64,000 nt of DNA from Escherichia phage VEc33, in sequence record NC_048818.1. One strand, given 5' to 3'. Position numbers and translations under genes: made by a program. Position 1 is the first letter of the stretch; every line of letters starts with the position of its first letter. The notes under the pieces are model-generated. The model was not told the DNA's origin. It saw nothing but the letters and a program-made list of their open reading frames with translations, and did not search any database. Shown here piece after piece: positions 1 through 9,627 of the stretch.

Positions 1-123
1 TGTCCACTGCCTCCGGCGAAAATACTTAGTCTGCTAACCGCCACCCCCGTTACTATTACCATGCTAACTGTTTCACCCTGCAACCATTTTAATTGCAAGG
101 TGAAACAATTTCAACTTTAATTA

Positions 124-858
124 TTACGCAACTTTTAATTTCTCAATATATTGTTGCGGGCTGCAACTATATTCTGCGCGTTCTTCTTCGGTCATACCTT
201 CCCAACATAATTGCAGGCGGTCGGCTAGGAACTGATAATCATTATCATCGTCGAGAGATTCATCGATAAAGGTTTCACCTATCAATGTCACGCCGATTGA
301 TAGAATATCGTTAACGGCTTGTGCGTCCAGCGTTTTAAATCCGTATGACGCTGCCGCTGATAGCACGCCTTTATGATCATCAATCATTGTAAAATCAGCG
401 TTCGGATATAATTGTTTGAATAGCCCAAAATAGTAACTTTTATAAACTGCGTCTTTGCTGTGGTATATCTCGCTAACTTTATCAGCCTCAAAATATTTGT
501 GTAGTGTATCGCGGGAAAATACACGGATATTACTATCACCACGACCGCGCAACCCTTGTTTACGCAAATAATAATAGTCCGACTTGCTCATTAGTCGAGC
601 GGTGCAAATAATGTTTAAAGTATTTACGTCATTCATGCACTGGCGCATATATGTAACAAGGGGTAATAGTGTATCTTGCATTATTAAATCATGTTTGCAG
701 GCTTCATTTTTATACTTATTTAAATCTAAATTGCCCTCGCTATCAAAGCAAGGCGCTACACGATGAAACGAATTAATGATAGTGCCGTCCAGATCCCAAA
801 TCATGACGCGGGAAATATGCGGGAAATTACGGGTAATATTCGTTTTAACTTGATTCAT
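124..858 (-). CDS. dmp: HAD-family 5'-deoxyribonucleotidase (T5 dmp-like); the six-frame ORF extends to 900 but the likely start is the internal Met at 858
   Basis: DxDGT motif (WDLDGTII) near the N-terminus typical of HAD phosphatases; 244 aa from the internal Met with a GGAG-type RBS upstream; position next to the A1-like gene. Confidence 0.6.
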   Translation of the reverse strand: MNQVKTNITRNFPHISRVMIWDLDGTIINSFHRVAPCFDSEGNLDLNKYKNEACKHDLIMQDTLLPLVTYMRQCMNDVNTLNIICTARLMSKSDYYYLRKQGLRGRGDSNIRVFSRDTLHKYFEADKVSEIYHSKDAVYKSYYFGLFKQLYPNADFTMIDDHKGVLSAAASYGFKTLDAQAVNDILSIGVTLIGETFIDESLDDDNDYQFLADRLQLCWEGMTEEERAEYSCSPQQYIEKLKVA

Positions 859-938
859 TTTGTTACGTTCTCCATTAAAGGGATTTAGTTTATCCAGCAT
901 TACCCGCTATTTATAAGCGGGTAATAATAAATCAACTA

Positions 939-1331
939 TTAAAGACCATAAGCCAACGCATCAGCGATAAAACTAATATCCTCGCCAGATACACCGGAAC
1001 GAATCCCCGCACAAGTATATACTTTTGCGCTGATCAATTGATCATCAAGACAAGCGGGGCAAGGCGCGACAACTGCAAAGGCTAGGCCGGATTTTACGGC
1101 GTCGATGATAATCGTTTCTTGTTTCACCGTGTCAACATAAACGCCTGCGGCCTTAATGTAACTACTTGCGCGGCCTTGCGTATAGGCAAAGGTAGTAACC
1201 TGCAAAGCGTCATTAAAGTCTAGTAGTTCATCAATAACGTGCCCTGCCTCAACGTGATACCGCTCACCATTAGAATAAACCAGAACAATTGAGGACTGAG
1301 CGCGATCGAATGGAATATTTTGCTTTTTCAT
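939..1331 (-). CDS. hypothetical pre-early protein (130 aa)
   Basis: Intact ORF co-oriented with and tightly spaced to neighbours; no recognisable motif. Confidence 0.45.
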   Translation of the reverse strand: MKKQNIPFDRAQSSIVLVYSNGERYHVEAGHVIDELLDFNDALQVTTFAYTQGRASSYIKAAGVYVDTVKQETIIIDAVKSGLAFAVVAPCPACLDDQLISAKVYTCAGIRSGVSGEDISFIADALAYGL

Positions 1332-1369
1332 ATTTATATAACTCCAATTAGTTTAATAAGGGGTTTAAT

Positions 1370-1627
1370 TTATTTGATAATAATCTGCATCTGGTACGGC
1401 GTTAATTCACCGTTTACGGGTAAATTATTATCGCTTAGCCACTCATAAAAAGCGCCATCATCATCAAAGGGGACAATATCGTTATCACGGGAATCGACGG
1501 AAATAATACCATCCGTATTAGTTTTGGCGGCTAGGATAGGCCCGAAGCTGTAAACTTTATCAGATTCCATTTCATCCGGTGAAATGAATACTTTTTCGTC
1601 CAATGTTTTGGGTAATGTAACTTTCAT
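1370..1627 (-). CDS. hypothetical pre-early protein (85 aa)
   Basis: Intact ORF, co-oriented, tight spacing. Confidence 0.4.
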   Translation of the reverse strand: MKVTLPKTLDEKVFISPDEMESDKVYSFGPILAAKTNTDGIISVDSRDNDIVPFDDDGAFYEWLSDNNLPVNGELTPYQMQIIIK

Positions 1628-1682
1628 TTTTGTGGCTCCTGTAATAGCGGCTATATTTCAAGCCGCTAGGGAAATAATTTAT

Positions 1683-3353
1683 TTACGCAAAGAATTTACC
1701 GTTTTTAAAGTCAATCAAAGTGCGCTGACCGTTTGCATAGGTAATTAAATGCGTTTGCGTCCAGCTTGACGCGCCAACGTTGTAACCCATATCCAGACTA
1801 CCAGCAACGCCAGCGGTATATACGCCGCCATAAATGCTGGCGGTATGGGTATGCCCCGTGTTTAACTTGCCCAATTTTTTAAATTGTTTAGGATTGCCAC
1901 GACTGCCGTTAATGCCATTGTGACCGTGTACGCCGCATTCAATGCCTGCAATCTTGAAAGATTGATCAGTGGTCAGGAAAATGGCGTTAAATTCACAACC
2001 TGCAACCTTGCGCAACGCATAATCTAGCACGTTAAACGTTTCGTCGTGTTCACCGATTGCCGCGTAAATTGCAGCATTCAGGCGGTGATATAACTCGGCG
2101 TTTGCTGGATCGTCTTTGATGTTAGCATTACGATCATCAAGCCAACGGGATAGCGCCAAATCGTGATTAGATTCAACAATGATTGTTTGACTAAAATCAC
2201 GTTCCATTGATTCCAGCACGCGCCCCGTATCGATAAGATCATCCAGAACTTTATCACGTCCGGCGGCGTATTGTTTAGCTAGGAATACACCGGATGCGCG
2301 GTTATGATGATTGCGGGATGTAAAATCGTGAACGTCATGCACAAACTGATATTTTGGTTTAAGAATATCTACTAGCCCATAAGTATCACCATGCCCCCAA
2401 GATGCGGCGGCGCACTCCTCATCTAATTTTTCGGCGTGAATATCGCCATACTGCAAGCCTAAAACATGCCCCGATGTCTCATAGCATCCGGCAGGAGTAG
2501 CGCAAACGTTCAGATCATAAAACACCCCGCTTTCGTCCATTGTTTCAAGCTGGCGAACAAAAAATTCCCCGTCCTCGTCGAACTCGACAATCAGCGCACC
2601 GAAGTTATGCAGCGCCTCGGCCTTTTGTCCTGCTTTCTGCTGAATGTAGTTTTTTAACGTTGCCGTTCCGGTTGAATACATACGGCGCACTACTTCACCT
2701 TTTAAAGCTGGCACGCTTTCAGCGGTAATTTTAGCGTGACCAATTGCCAGCCCCTCAATATTTAAAGCCGTTGCAGTCTCGGCGAATCCAGAAAGCGGAT
2801 AATCTGCGGTTGGCAAAACATTAATTTCAGCCATGAAAGCAAAGCGGCGGTTATTTAAAAACACGTTTTTGCTGCAAATATATTTATCGAACGCGGAATC
2901 ATATTTGATTCCATCCGCACCTTCCCCATTTTGAAAACCGTTTTTATTATAAATATACTTAGAAACAAGCAAATCAGCACCGATATATTTAGCAAATTGC
3001 TCCAGTGAGGCTAAAAAGTTTTTATGCGGGAAAGTATTATTCTGAATCGATGTAATAATAAAGCGTTTACCTTGTTTTACTTCCCATTGCTCCACCGTAC
3101 TAGAAACAATCCCAGCCGCTTCTGGGCGCTCATCATTTTTAATGGCTTTTGCTACTTTTGCCGCTTTTGGTTTCGCTGGTTTATTTGCTTCCAACCAATC
3201 ACAAATGGCGGTGGAGTGTTTAGTAGTATCGTATACCGCTTTCGAAATATCGTCACAAACTTCCAATTTAGTGGCGCGCAGGCGTTTACCGTAGAAGTTA
3301 AAGTCAGCGGCCATTTTCAGGATAACGGTTTGTTTTTCTGCGGAAATAATCAT
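1683..3353 (-). CDS. A1: A1-like pre-early protein, calcineurin-like metallophosphatase/nuclease fold (556 aa)
   Basis: 556 aa, the length I recall for T5 A1; metallophosphoesterase-type motifs (GDIHAEKLDE, GNHD-like, GHTHT); RBS before the ATG. Confidence 0.6.
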   Translation of the reverse strand: MIISAEKQTVILKMAADFNFYGKRLRATKLEVCDDISKAVYDTTKHSTAICDWLEANKPAKPKAAKVAKAIKNDERPEAAGIVSSTVEQWEVKQGKRFIITSIQNNTFPHKNFLASLEQFAKYIGADLLVSKYIYNKNGFQNGEGADGIKYDSAFDKYICSKNVFLNNRRFAFMAEINVLPTADYPLSGFAETATALNIEGLAIGHAKITAESVPALKGEVVRRMYSTGTATLKNYIQQKAGQKAEALHNFGALIVEFDEDGEFFVRQLETMDESGVFYDLNVCATPAGCYETSGHVLGLQYGDIHAEKLDEECAAASWGHGDTYGLVDILKPKYQFVHDVHDFTSRNHHNRASGVFLAKQYAAGRDKVLDDLIDTGRVLESMERDFSQTIIVESNHDLALSRWLDDRNANIKDDPANAELYHRLNAAIYAAIGEHDETFNVLDYALRKVAGCEFNAIFLTTDQSFKIAGIECGVHGHNGINGSRGNPKQFKKLGKLNTGHTHTASIYGGVYTAGVAGSLDMGYNVGASSWTQTHLITYANGQRTLIDFKNGKFFA

Positions 3354-3443
3354 AGTAATAAAACTCCATTAAAGGGATTAGGTTAATAACGGCAATATTG
3401 CCAAATATAACGCCTCGAACAATAGGCGTTATAATTTGCAACA

Positions 3444-3641
3444 TTAATTTAAAGGCACTAGGCTAGAACTAACACCACAAGCAACGGCAGCGATAAAACA
3501 AAGCAGACCTAAACGTTTTGCTAATTTAGATTTACGTTTAAAATAATATGAATCTAAATCATTTTGAAAATAAGCGAATAATAGGGAGGCCGCCATAATA
3601 AATAAGCCTAGAATTAAAGATTCAGTAGGGAAGAAAACCAT
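3444..3641 (-). CDS. small hydrophobic membrane protein (65 aa)
   Basis: Two hydrophobic segments; intact ORF between terminator-like hairpins. Confidence 0.35.
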   Translation of the reverse strand: MVFFPTESLILGLFIMAASLLFAYFQNDLDSYYFKRKSKLAKRLGLLCFIAAVACGVSSSLVPLN

Positions 3642-3731
3642 TTTTAAAACTCCTGATTTAAGGGAAGAAAATAACTATCGCTAAACAGTTATATTATTGC
3701 CCCCTCACTAAAAGGGGGCAAGATATAACTA

Positions 3732-4139
3732 TTATTCGCCTGCGGCCTGTTTTACTTCATCGGCAACGCCTAACAATTGCGCTACTGCGTCCAGCGTTTC
3801 AAGTTTTGCACTTTCAAGGCTTGCCAAATCATCGGCGTCTTTGATAATGCCGGAATCAATAGCATGTTTAGCGATAACGCGCACATAGTGAGCTTTACGC
3901 ACAGAGCTACCGCCGCCAACTTTACGCGGCTTATCGCTTTTTTGATAGGCTTTTGCACTGGTCAATTTTGAGCGAACGGATACGGGGGAGGCCGCGCCTA
4001 CTGCTTTTGCAATCTCTTTCAGGCCGTCGCTATTTGCAAAATCTAAACCGTTTTCGTTGATTAACTGCTGGTACATGGTAACAGCTTTCTGAGTGTTTTC
4101 TTCATTCCATGCGAATTTTGCGGTTTTTGCGTTAGTCAT
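3732..4139 (-). CDS. pre-early protein, possible A2-like DNA-binding protein (135 aa)
   Basis: Position immediately upstream (in transcript order) of the A1-like gene; basic central region; hairpin terminator downstream at about 3690-3720. Confidence 0.4.
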   Translation of the reverse strand: MTNAKTAKFAWNEENTQKAVTMYQQLINENGLDFANSDGLKEIAKAVGAASPVSVRSKLTSAKAYQKSDKPRKVGGGSSVRKAHYVRVIAKHAIDSGIIKDADDLASLESAKLETLDAVAQLLGVADEVKQAAGE

Positions 4140-4242
4140 GGTAAAAACTCCTATTAGTTTAATTTAAGGGATTAGATTAGATTAACTTAATGTTAATCGT
4201 TATATCCCCCTGAAATAAGAGGGATATAAAGTTAGCACTAAA

Positions 4243-4494
4243 TTATAAAACAGCTTCCCATTTTTCGTTGCGTTGAACAACCTTTACAACATCGCCGGAT
4301 TTAACGCGAACGCTAAAAACGGGCTTGCCGTTGTTACTGCGTTCATTTTCAGCGTATACCGCGTCGATTGTATCGAACGGCATAAGCGCCGCACCTTTAA
4401 TACGTTCGGCTTTTCCGGTTAATTCGTCCATTTTAGTAACGAAAGGAATAAAAACGGATTGACCAATTTTAGGCGCGGTAATAACGTTTTGCAT
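4243..4494 (-). CDS. hypothetical pre-early protein (83 aa)
   Basis: Intact ORF with RBS; hairpin at about 4205-4235 downstream. Confidence 0.4.
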   Translation of the reverse strand: MQNVITAPKIGQSVFIPFVTKMDELTGKAERIKGAALMPFDTIDAVYAENERSNNGKPVFSVRVKSGDVVKVVQRNEKWEAVL

Positions 4495-5371
4495 AATATA
4501 AACTCCTAGTTATTTGGGGATTGTTCCGCATTACCTGCTAGAAAGTAGCAGGTAATAAGTAACAATCCGCTCGCCAGTTTAATCAATTTAAAGAACTCCA
4601 CGTAGGCCGCTATATCCCGTTAGGGGGCGGGATGCATTATGGTAAGCACCGACCGTCAAATTTTATCAAGTTATCGCTCTTTTCGAACTGGGTACATCTT
4701 AAAACCTATCGGCTAGGCTGTCAAACAATTTTTTGAGATTTTTTATGATTTTCCTTCAGGTCAATCATAATGTTTCGCCAGATCATTTCTAAACCTTGCT
4801 GGCGACCTTGCAAATATTGCTTGAATCGCCATTTTACAGAATTTTGCGCTACTGTCAACAAGTTTTTTGTTTTGCTATCTAGTGCCTTGCTAGGCTTGCC
4901 AGTGATCAAAAGCGTTTGTTTCATATCGTCGATTCCTTATAATGAATAAGTTTACCGCCGATAGGCTTTAAGATATACCCAATTTTTAAAGAGCGCGGCG
5001 GTAAACTTCCCGCCGTGTAGTTCGTCATTGCCGCCCTACGAGATACATAATAGGGGATTCCCAAAAATGGCGCAACCTTATTTTTGTAAAGAAACGTAAA
5101 GACACGATTCACCGGACGGCGTGCGGCGACGGCCTAAAATTAAAAGAAACGGGCGCGCGAATACCACAAAACAGAACAAATAGGCAAGTAATTTTTTCAT
5201 TTATATTTGCTTTGCCCTACTTGACAAAATCTAAAAAGCTCGTGGCAGTGATAAACGGCGTGCCCCCTTATGATGGGATGGCTAAAAACTTCATCGCGTT
5301 CTAGGGCGTTTTAGGCGCATTCTAGCCTTGTTGATAACTTATCCCCAAAAGCAAAAATGAAATTTTCCTAG

Positions 5372-5797
5372 TTATCCACTTGACTTTTATTTTCCAGTGG
5401 ATAACTACTTATTTTATGAAATAAATTAATTGACTTTTATTTGTTAGTATGCATCGGAAAGATAGCAGACTAATAATTGCTAGAATGATAATCATGCTGG
5501 TGGATTGTAACGACCTGAATTATTAGCAGACTATTAATCACGGAAAATCTCATTAGCTAACTAACTATTTCCTGAGTTATAATATACATATAAATTAATG
5601 AGAAATAATAACTATAATAAATAATAACCGATAGGAATAATAACTATAAGAAACTATCGGCCTAAGTGAGAACCACTATCATTTAAGTTATCCACAAGTT
5701 TATTAACAGCACTTTTTGATTTGACACGATAGGCGGCGATATAAGCACTTATCCACAGACTTATCCACATGTTATCCTACTGTATAAATATACAAGA
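5372..5797. promoter_or_regulatory. divergent control region with at least five DnaA-box matches (TTATCCACA/T) and a LexA-box-like palindrome (CTGTATAAATATACAA at 5780-5795)
   Basis: TTATCCACT at 5372-5380 and reverse at 5396-5404; TTATCCACA at 5688-5696, 5749-5757, 5761-5769; CTGT-N8-ACAA adjacent. Confidence 0.6.
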
Positions 5798-6062
5798 CAA
5801 AAAGGTAGTGTTAACAACTGCAATCAATTTTAAGCGGCCTAAATCGCTTTCTAACGAGCAAAACGCTGTAGGGTAATACTAAAGTAAAGCCTCAACGCGT
5901 CGCCCTGGTGGCTTCGCCGTGTTTTGCTCTTTATTGCACCGCTGCGCGGTTAGCATAAAACTAGGCGTTAGGCAAGGAAAATAAAAAGGTAAAATAATAT
6001 TTGCCCCTAGAAAGAAAATACCTTTATCATTCACTCACCGATTAACGAGGGAGGCCGAACAA

Positions 6063-7073
6063 ATGAGGCTTTATAAACCAGATAACGCAACCGTCTTAAA
6101 AGGTGCGCTGCGTAACCTGCTGGACGGTAGCAAGTCAACCAGCATTAAACATTTTATTAACAAGGCTGAAACTATTCATCAAAACTTTTTTGATGACTAT
6201 GACGCCTATGATATGGATGGTTTTTTGCCATTATACAAGTATGGGGCAACGCTTGTTTTATATAATCGGGATTGCCATATCTTTACAGGCAGGGGAGCGG
6301 GGCCGGATACCGATTTTATTATTGCGCAGGGTAATAATATTGTTGCGTATCATAGCAATTCAGGCCGTCAATCATTTAATATAAATGGTTTTGAGCTTAT
6401 TGGGCTTGATCTGATAAACGGACTTTCTAGTATTGAGGGATTTTTAGATGTTATCTGGAAGTATTTACCAGCTGGATGGCATAAGCCGGATAACGACGGA
6501 TCTCAATATACTGGTATAATGGCTTTTGATGGCGACGGTAATTTTTTGTTACCCCGGGAGCTATACCCATATATTTATGATGGGGATATAGAAAGCGCTG
6601 GTTTTTCTTTCTGGAAAGATGAAGATCAGATTATTGACAGCGTAGAAAACCATGCTGTAAATTCTAACACTCAAAGCGTTAAAACTCAAACTACTGAAAA
6701 CAAAGGAAAAAACACCATGACCAAGATCGCTAATATTGTTGCCGCTAATAAATCCGCTGTTGTAAACGCTGCAAAACTGGAAGCGGGTAAAATTGCACTG
6801 ACTCAAATTACGAAAGTAGCGGCTAAAAAAGCACCGTTTATGATTAAAGGTTATATTGATACACCCATCGGTCGAGTAGTGATTGCCAACCTGCTGAGCG
6901 TAGCGGTTGACCAGTACGCCCCAAGTAACCAAAAGGCGAAAGCGGTGGCAGGTGCAGCTATGGAAGCGGCTATGTTAGAAATGGTACAAAGTTTTAATAT
7001 CGCTGAAATGATTGATGAAATGGTGAAAGGTATTGATATTTCTACTTTTACCACTAGCACCGAAAGCGAGTAA
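6063..7073 (+). CDS. hypothetical protein (336 aa), first gene of the rightward block
   Basis: Long ORF with GAGG RBS; Ala/Lys-rich C-terminal half; no recognisable catalytic motif. Confidence 0.55.
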   Translation: MRLYKPDNATVLKGALRNLLDGSKSTSIKHFINKAETIHQNFFDDYDAYDMDGFLPLYKYGATLVLYNRDCHIFTGRGAGPDTDFIIAQGNNIVAYHSNSGRQSFNINGFELIGLDLINGLSSIEGFLDVIWKYLPAGWHKPDNDGSQYTGIMAFDGDGNFLLPRELYPYIYDGDIESAGFSFWKDEDQIIDSVENHAVNSNTQSVKTQTTENKGKNTMTKIANIVAANKSAVVNAAKLEAGKIALTQITKVAAKKAPFMIKGYIDTPIGRVVIANLLSVAVDQYAPSNQKAKAVAGAAMEAAMLEMVQSFNIAEMIDEMVKGIDISTFTTSTESE

Positions 7074-7140
7074 TAACTAATTTAGCGGGGATTGTTTCCC
7101 CGCTTTATTATTCCCTTGTTAATTAATAGGAGGCTAATAA

Positions 7141-7635
7141 ATGGCTGCGGAAAAATATGGCTTCTCACTGGGAGAAGTGAGCACAGCTAAACACGATATG
7201 ATCATTTTGGTTGATTGTCATACGGGTTACTGCGGGGAAGGGAATACCGAGGAATATTTTGTTCCTGCTGGTACGGATCTGGACGCTTTAGCTCACGAAA
7301 TGGCTATTGATAATGCTTCTCGTTTTGGTAGCGATGGCTATGAAGACGAAGATACTGGCGAATGGTATGAAAATGAAAACGTATATGCAAGCCTTTATCA
7401 TTATCAATTAAGTAAATCCGGCACATATGTAAACGGCGGCGATCCTATTAATTCCGTCATGAAATTAATTATTAAATATGGTGGCGTCGAGATAATTGAT
7501 AACAAAGCGGTAATATATGCAAACCGATTAAAACAGCTTGTTTATATTCCTGATAGTACCCGATGGGAGGAATACGCTGTTTTGCATGACGAATTGAAAC
7601 GATGTTTCAATATTGAATCCTTACAAGTAGTCTAA
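7141..7635 (+). CDS. hypothetical protein (164 aa)
   Basis: ORF with AGGAGG RBS; followed by a hairpin terminator. Confidence 0.55.
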   Translation: MAAEKYGFSLGEVSTAKHDMIILVDCHTGYCGEGNTEEYFVPAGTDLDALAHEMAIDNASRFGSDGYEDEDTGEWYENENVYASLYHYQLSKSGTYVNGGDPINSVMKLIIKYGGVEIIDNKAVIYANRLKQLVYIPDSTRWEEYAVLHDELKRCFNIESLQVV

Positions 7636-7650
7636 TGTAAAGTTTTGTAA

Positions 7651-7678
7651 AGGCCGCCTCTTATGGTGGCCTTTTTTG
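7651..7678 (+). terminator. Rho-independent terminator
   Basis: GC hairpin AAAGGCCGCC...GGTGGCCTTTTTTGTT with T-run. Confidence 0.6.
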
Positions 7679-7741
7679 TTATAATGCCTTTACACCGTTT
7701 GAGGACGGTTGAAAATTTCCCAAAAAAATTGGAGGCTTAAA

Positions 7742-7972
7742 ATGGTTGCTTATTCTTCTGCTAGTCATCTGTTCACCGCTCAAGGCTGGGTGTCTAATCG
7801 CGTCATCATTCATGAAATGGTGCAGGAGTTCGGCATTGCTAAAACGTATAATACCATTCAGGAACTATATAACGCTGATAAAATCGATCAGCAAACGGCT
7901 GGCTTTTTGCTGGATACCCTGAAAGCGGAACACTGTACCAAAAAACAAGCGGCAAAAATTGTTTTAATGTAA
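7742..7972 (+). CDS. hypothetical small protein (76 aa from the RBS-supported ATG)
   Basis: GGAGG RBS 7 nt upstream of ATG 7742; the six-frame ORF begins further upstream at 7709. Confidence 0.45.
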   Translation: MVAYSSASHLFTAQGWVSNRVIIHEMVQEFGIAKTYNTIQELYNADKIDQQTAGFLLDTLKAEHCTKKQAAKIVLM

Positions 7973-8021
7973 TTAATAACGGGGCGTTACTTTCGCCCCA
8001 CTAACTAGGGGAGTAGTACAA

Positions 8022-8171
8022 ATGGTTATTTTTCGGGCTATTTTAGCTGGTATCTTGGGCGCCATTTTATCGTTGTTTGCAATAGCTTTCGGTGTTCACG
8101 CCGTTATTATCGGCGCGGGTATCGCCGCATTTTCTTATCTGCTGGGCTGCATGACTGGTAAAGGAGAATAA
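8022..8171 (+). CDS. small hydrophobic peptide (49 aa), absent from the ORF track
   Basis: ATG after GGGGAG RBS; translation MVIFRAILAGILGAILSLFAIAFGVHAVIIGAGIAAFSYLLGCMTGKGE; stop overlaps the RBS of the next gene. Confidence 0.4.
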   Translation: MVIFRAILAGILGAILSLFAIAFGVHAVIIGAGIAAFSYLLGCMTGKGE

Positions 8172-8173
8172 AA

Positions 8174-8386
8174 ATGATCCGCAACGTTTCTCTTGCTCGT
8201 TCGAAAGGCTTTAAGCTGGTGGATGTTAACACGTTCGAGCGGGAAGATTGTAAAATCGAATATGTAGCACGTAACAAAAATGCCTTTCGTGTTACCGAGA
8301 AAAAATTTGACAAGCGCGGCAACGTGATCGCTGAAACGGTTAAACACTTTGCCACCTTTTACGCTGCGTTTCGGGGAGTGTTATAA
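8174..8386 (+). CDS. hypothetical protein (70 aa)
   Basis: AAGGAG RBS; translationally coupled to neighbours. Confidence 0.5.
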   Translation: MIRNVSLARSKGFKLVDVNTFEREDCKIEYVARNKNAFRVTEKKFDKRGNVIAETVKHFATFYAAFRGVL

Positions 8387-8387
8387 A

Positions 8388-8732
8388 ATGGTTATTTATG
8401 AAGGCAATCGCTTTGTTGCTAATTGCCGTCCGGCATTATTAGCAAACTATTTAAATCAGCTTTCCCCAGCTTATAAGGGCGTTATTAATATTTATGAGGG
8501 CAAGGCGCATTATAAAATTAATGCGGTCGTTGCCCGTGAACTAGCGTTTCAATTTTTGACCTTTGCATCTTGTGACGTTCAGGTTATGGGTGAAGCATTA
8601 ATTGCAGAAAATGAAGATGATTTTATTAATATTTTCCGCAAGGTATGCACTGAGCGCCTAGTAATGAAAGGCGCGTATATTCAATCAACCGCTGACAGTA
8701 TTGAAACAGCGTTTCGAAAGGTGGCGCAATGA
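8388..8732 (+). CDS. hypothetical protein (114 aa from internal ATG with RBS)
   Basis: GGAG RBS before ATG 8388; the six-frame ORF begins at 8349. Confidence 0.5.
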   Translation: MVIYEGNRFVANCRPALLANYLNQLSPAYKGVINIYEGKAHYKINAVVARELAFQFLTFASCDVQVMGEALIAENEDDFINIFRKVCTERLVMKGAYIQSTADSIETAFRKVAQ

Positions 8733-8832
8733 GATTATATATTTTCGTTGGTAATGTTGAGGCAGCTAATGATTCCGCTGGTGGCGATAACGTTCGCCGC
8801 TATTGGCAAAAATATATTTACTAGGAGTTATT

Positions 8833-9027
8833 ATGAGCAATAAAATTGTTGTGACCAAAACTACTACGATGGTTGATGTTTTTTACGTGCCCGATACGCC
8901 GGAAAACCGACAAGCGGTCGAGCGTGGCGAATATGATAAAGTGATTTATGATCACGATGGTTATTATCAACATTTGGTAGATTCCTACGGGGAGGAGGAA
9001 AAAATCACGCACCGACTACCCGACTAA
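8833..9027 (+). CDS. hypothetical small protein (64 aa)
   Basis: AGGAG RBS before ATG 8833. Confidence 0.4.
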   Translation: MSNKIVVTKTTTMVDVFYVPDTPENRQAVERGEYDKVIYDHDGYYQHLVDSYGEEEKITHRLPD

Positions 9028-9283
9028 TAATCACGGGGCGCAACTATCAGGAAGTGCCCCCAATTTTCAAATGAGAATGATTATCATTTGACCGCGCCCG
9101 CGATAGTTAGCCTGCTAATGGTTAGGGTGTTACGTGTCGCCTTGTGTGATCGTTAGCGTGCTAACTAATTTTCAAGCCTCCTCCAATTTTGCCCTTGTTT
9201 TAGTATCCCCACCAAAATTAAACGCGTCAGAATGCGATCTAGGACGTTTTAGGCCTATATTAGAATTATTCACTGCATAGGAA

Positions 9284-9303
9284 TACTGTATAAATATACA
9301 GTA
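9284..9303. promoter_or_regulatory. LexA (SOS) box-like palindrome TACTGTATAAATATACAGTA
   Basis: Perfect CTGT-N8-ACAG with AT-rich spacer. Confidence 0.5.
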
Positions 9304-9313
9304 GAATAACCTG

Positions 9314-9394
9314 GGGATAAGTCTGTGGATAACGCTTCAAAATGGCTAGGATTCTGTCAAGTCAAATCGTGCTGTTGATAAGTCTGTGGATAAC
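9314..9394. promoter_or_regulatory. DnaA-box pair in reverse orientation (TGTGGATAA at 9324-9332 and 9386-9394), each preceded by GATAAGTC
   Basis: Reverse complements of TTATCCACA; inverted copy of the 5741-5769 module. Confidence 0.55.
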
Positions 9395-9627
9395 TTAAAT
9401 AGCAGTGTTTCTCACTTCCGTTTTTAAATGCGAATCATTATCATTCGCATTTCACTAGCTAACCGATAATCACTCCACGTTTTAAATGAGAATCATTTCA
9501 CTTCTTGAATAGTTCTCATTCCCTTTCTTAAATGCAAATCATTATCATTCGCATTTCACTTTTTAAATGAGATTGATTCTCATTATCATTCGCATTCAGG
9601 CGAGCAGGGCAATTGCCCTGCGCTTTT

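Larger units (their letters stand above)
9060..9600. repeat. five or more copies of a palindromic AT-rich motif (AATGCGAATCATTATCATTCGCATT and variants) resembling the E. coli Fur box
   Basis: Copies at about 9069-9091, 9427-9451, 9489-9500, 9531-9555, 9565-9596; core GAATCATTATCATTC / AATGATAATGATT. Confidence 0.55.

Noticed and set aside
584-766. Short antisense ORFs inside long genes (e.g. 584..766, 2466..2728, 3024..3386, 3777..3971, 18054..18527, 50480..51072, 54884..55096, 63699..63995)
   Set aside because: Each lies entirely within a longer, motif-supported gene on the opposite strand and lacks an RBS; typical six-frame noise.
4721-5112. ORFs 4721..4924 and 4921..5112 on the minus strand
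   Set aside because: They sit in the promoter/control region upstream of the pre-early operon, lack convincing RBSs and have atypical composition; not excluded, but not supported well enough to list.
5741-9335. Inverted repeats flanking 6063-9027 as terminal inverted repeats of a transposon
   Set aside because: No transposase, integrase or target-site duplication is visible; the repeats are DnaA/LexA-type operator motifs and the enclosed genes look like ordinary small phage genes.
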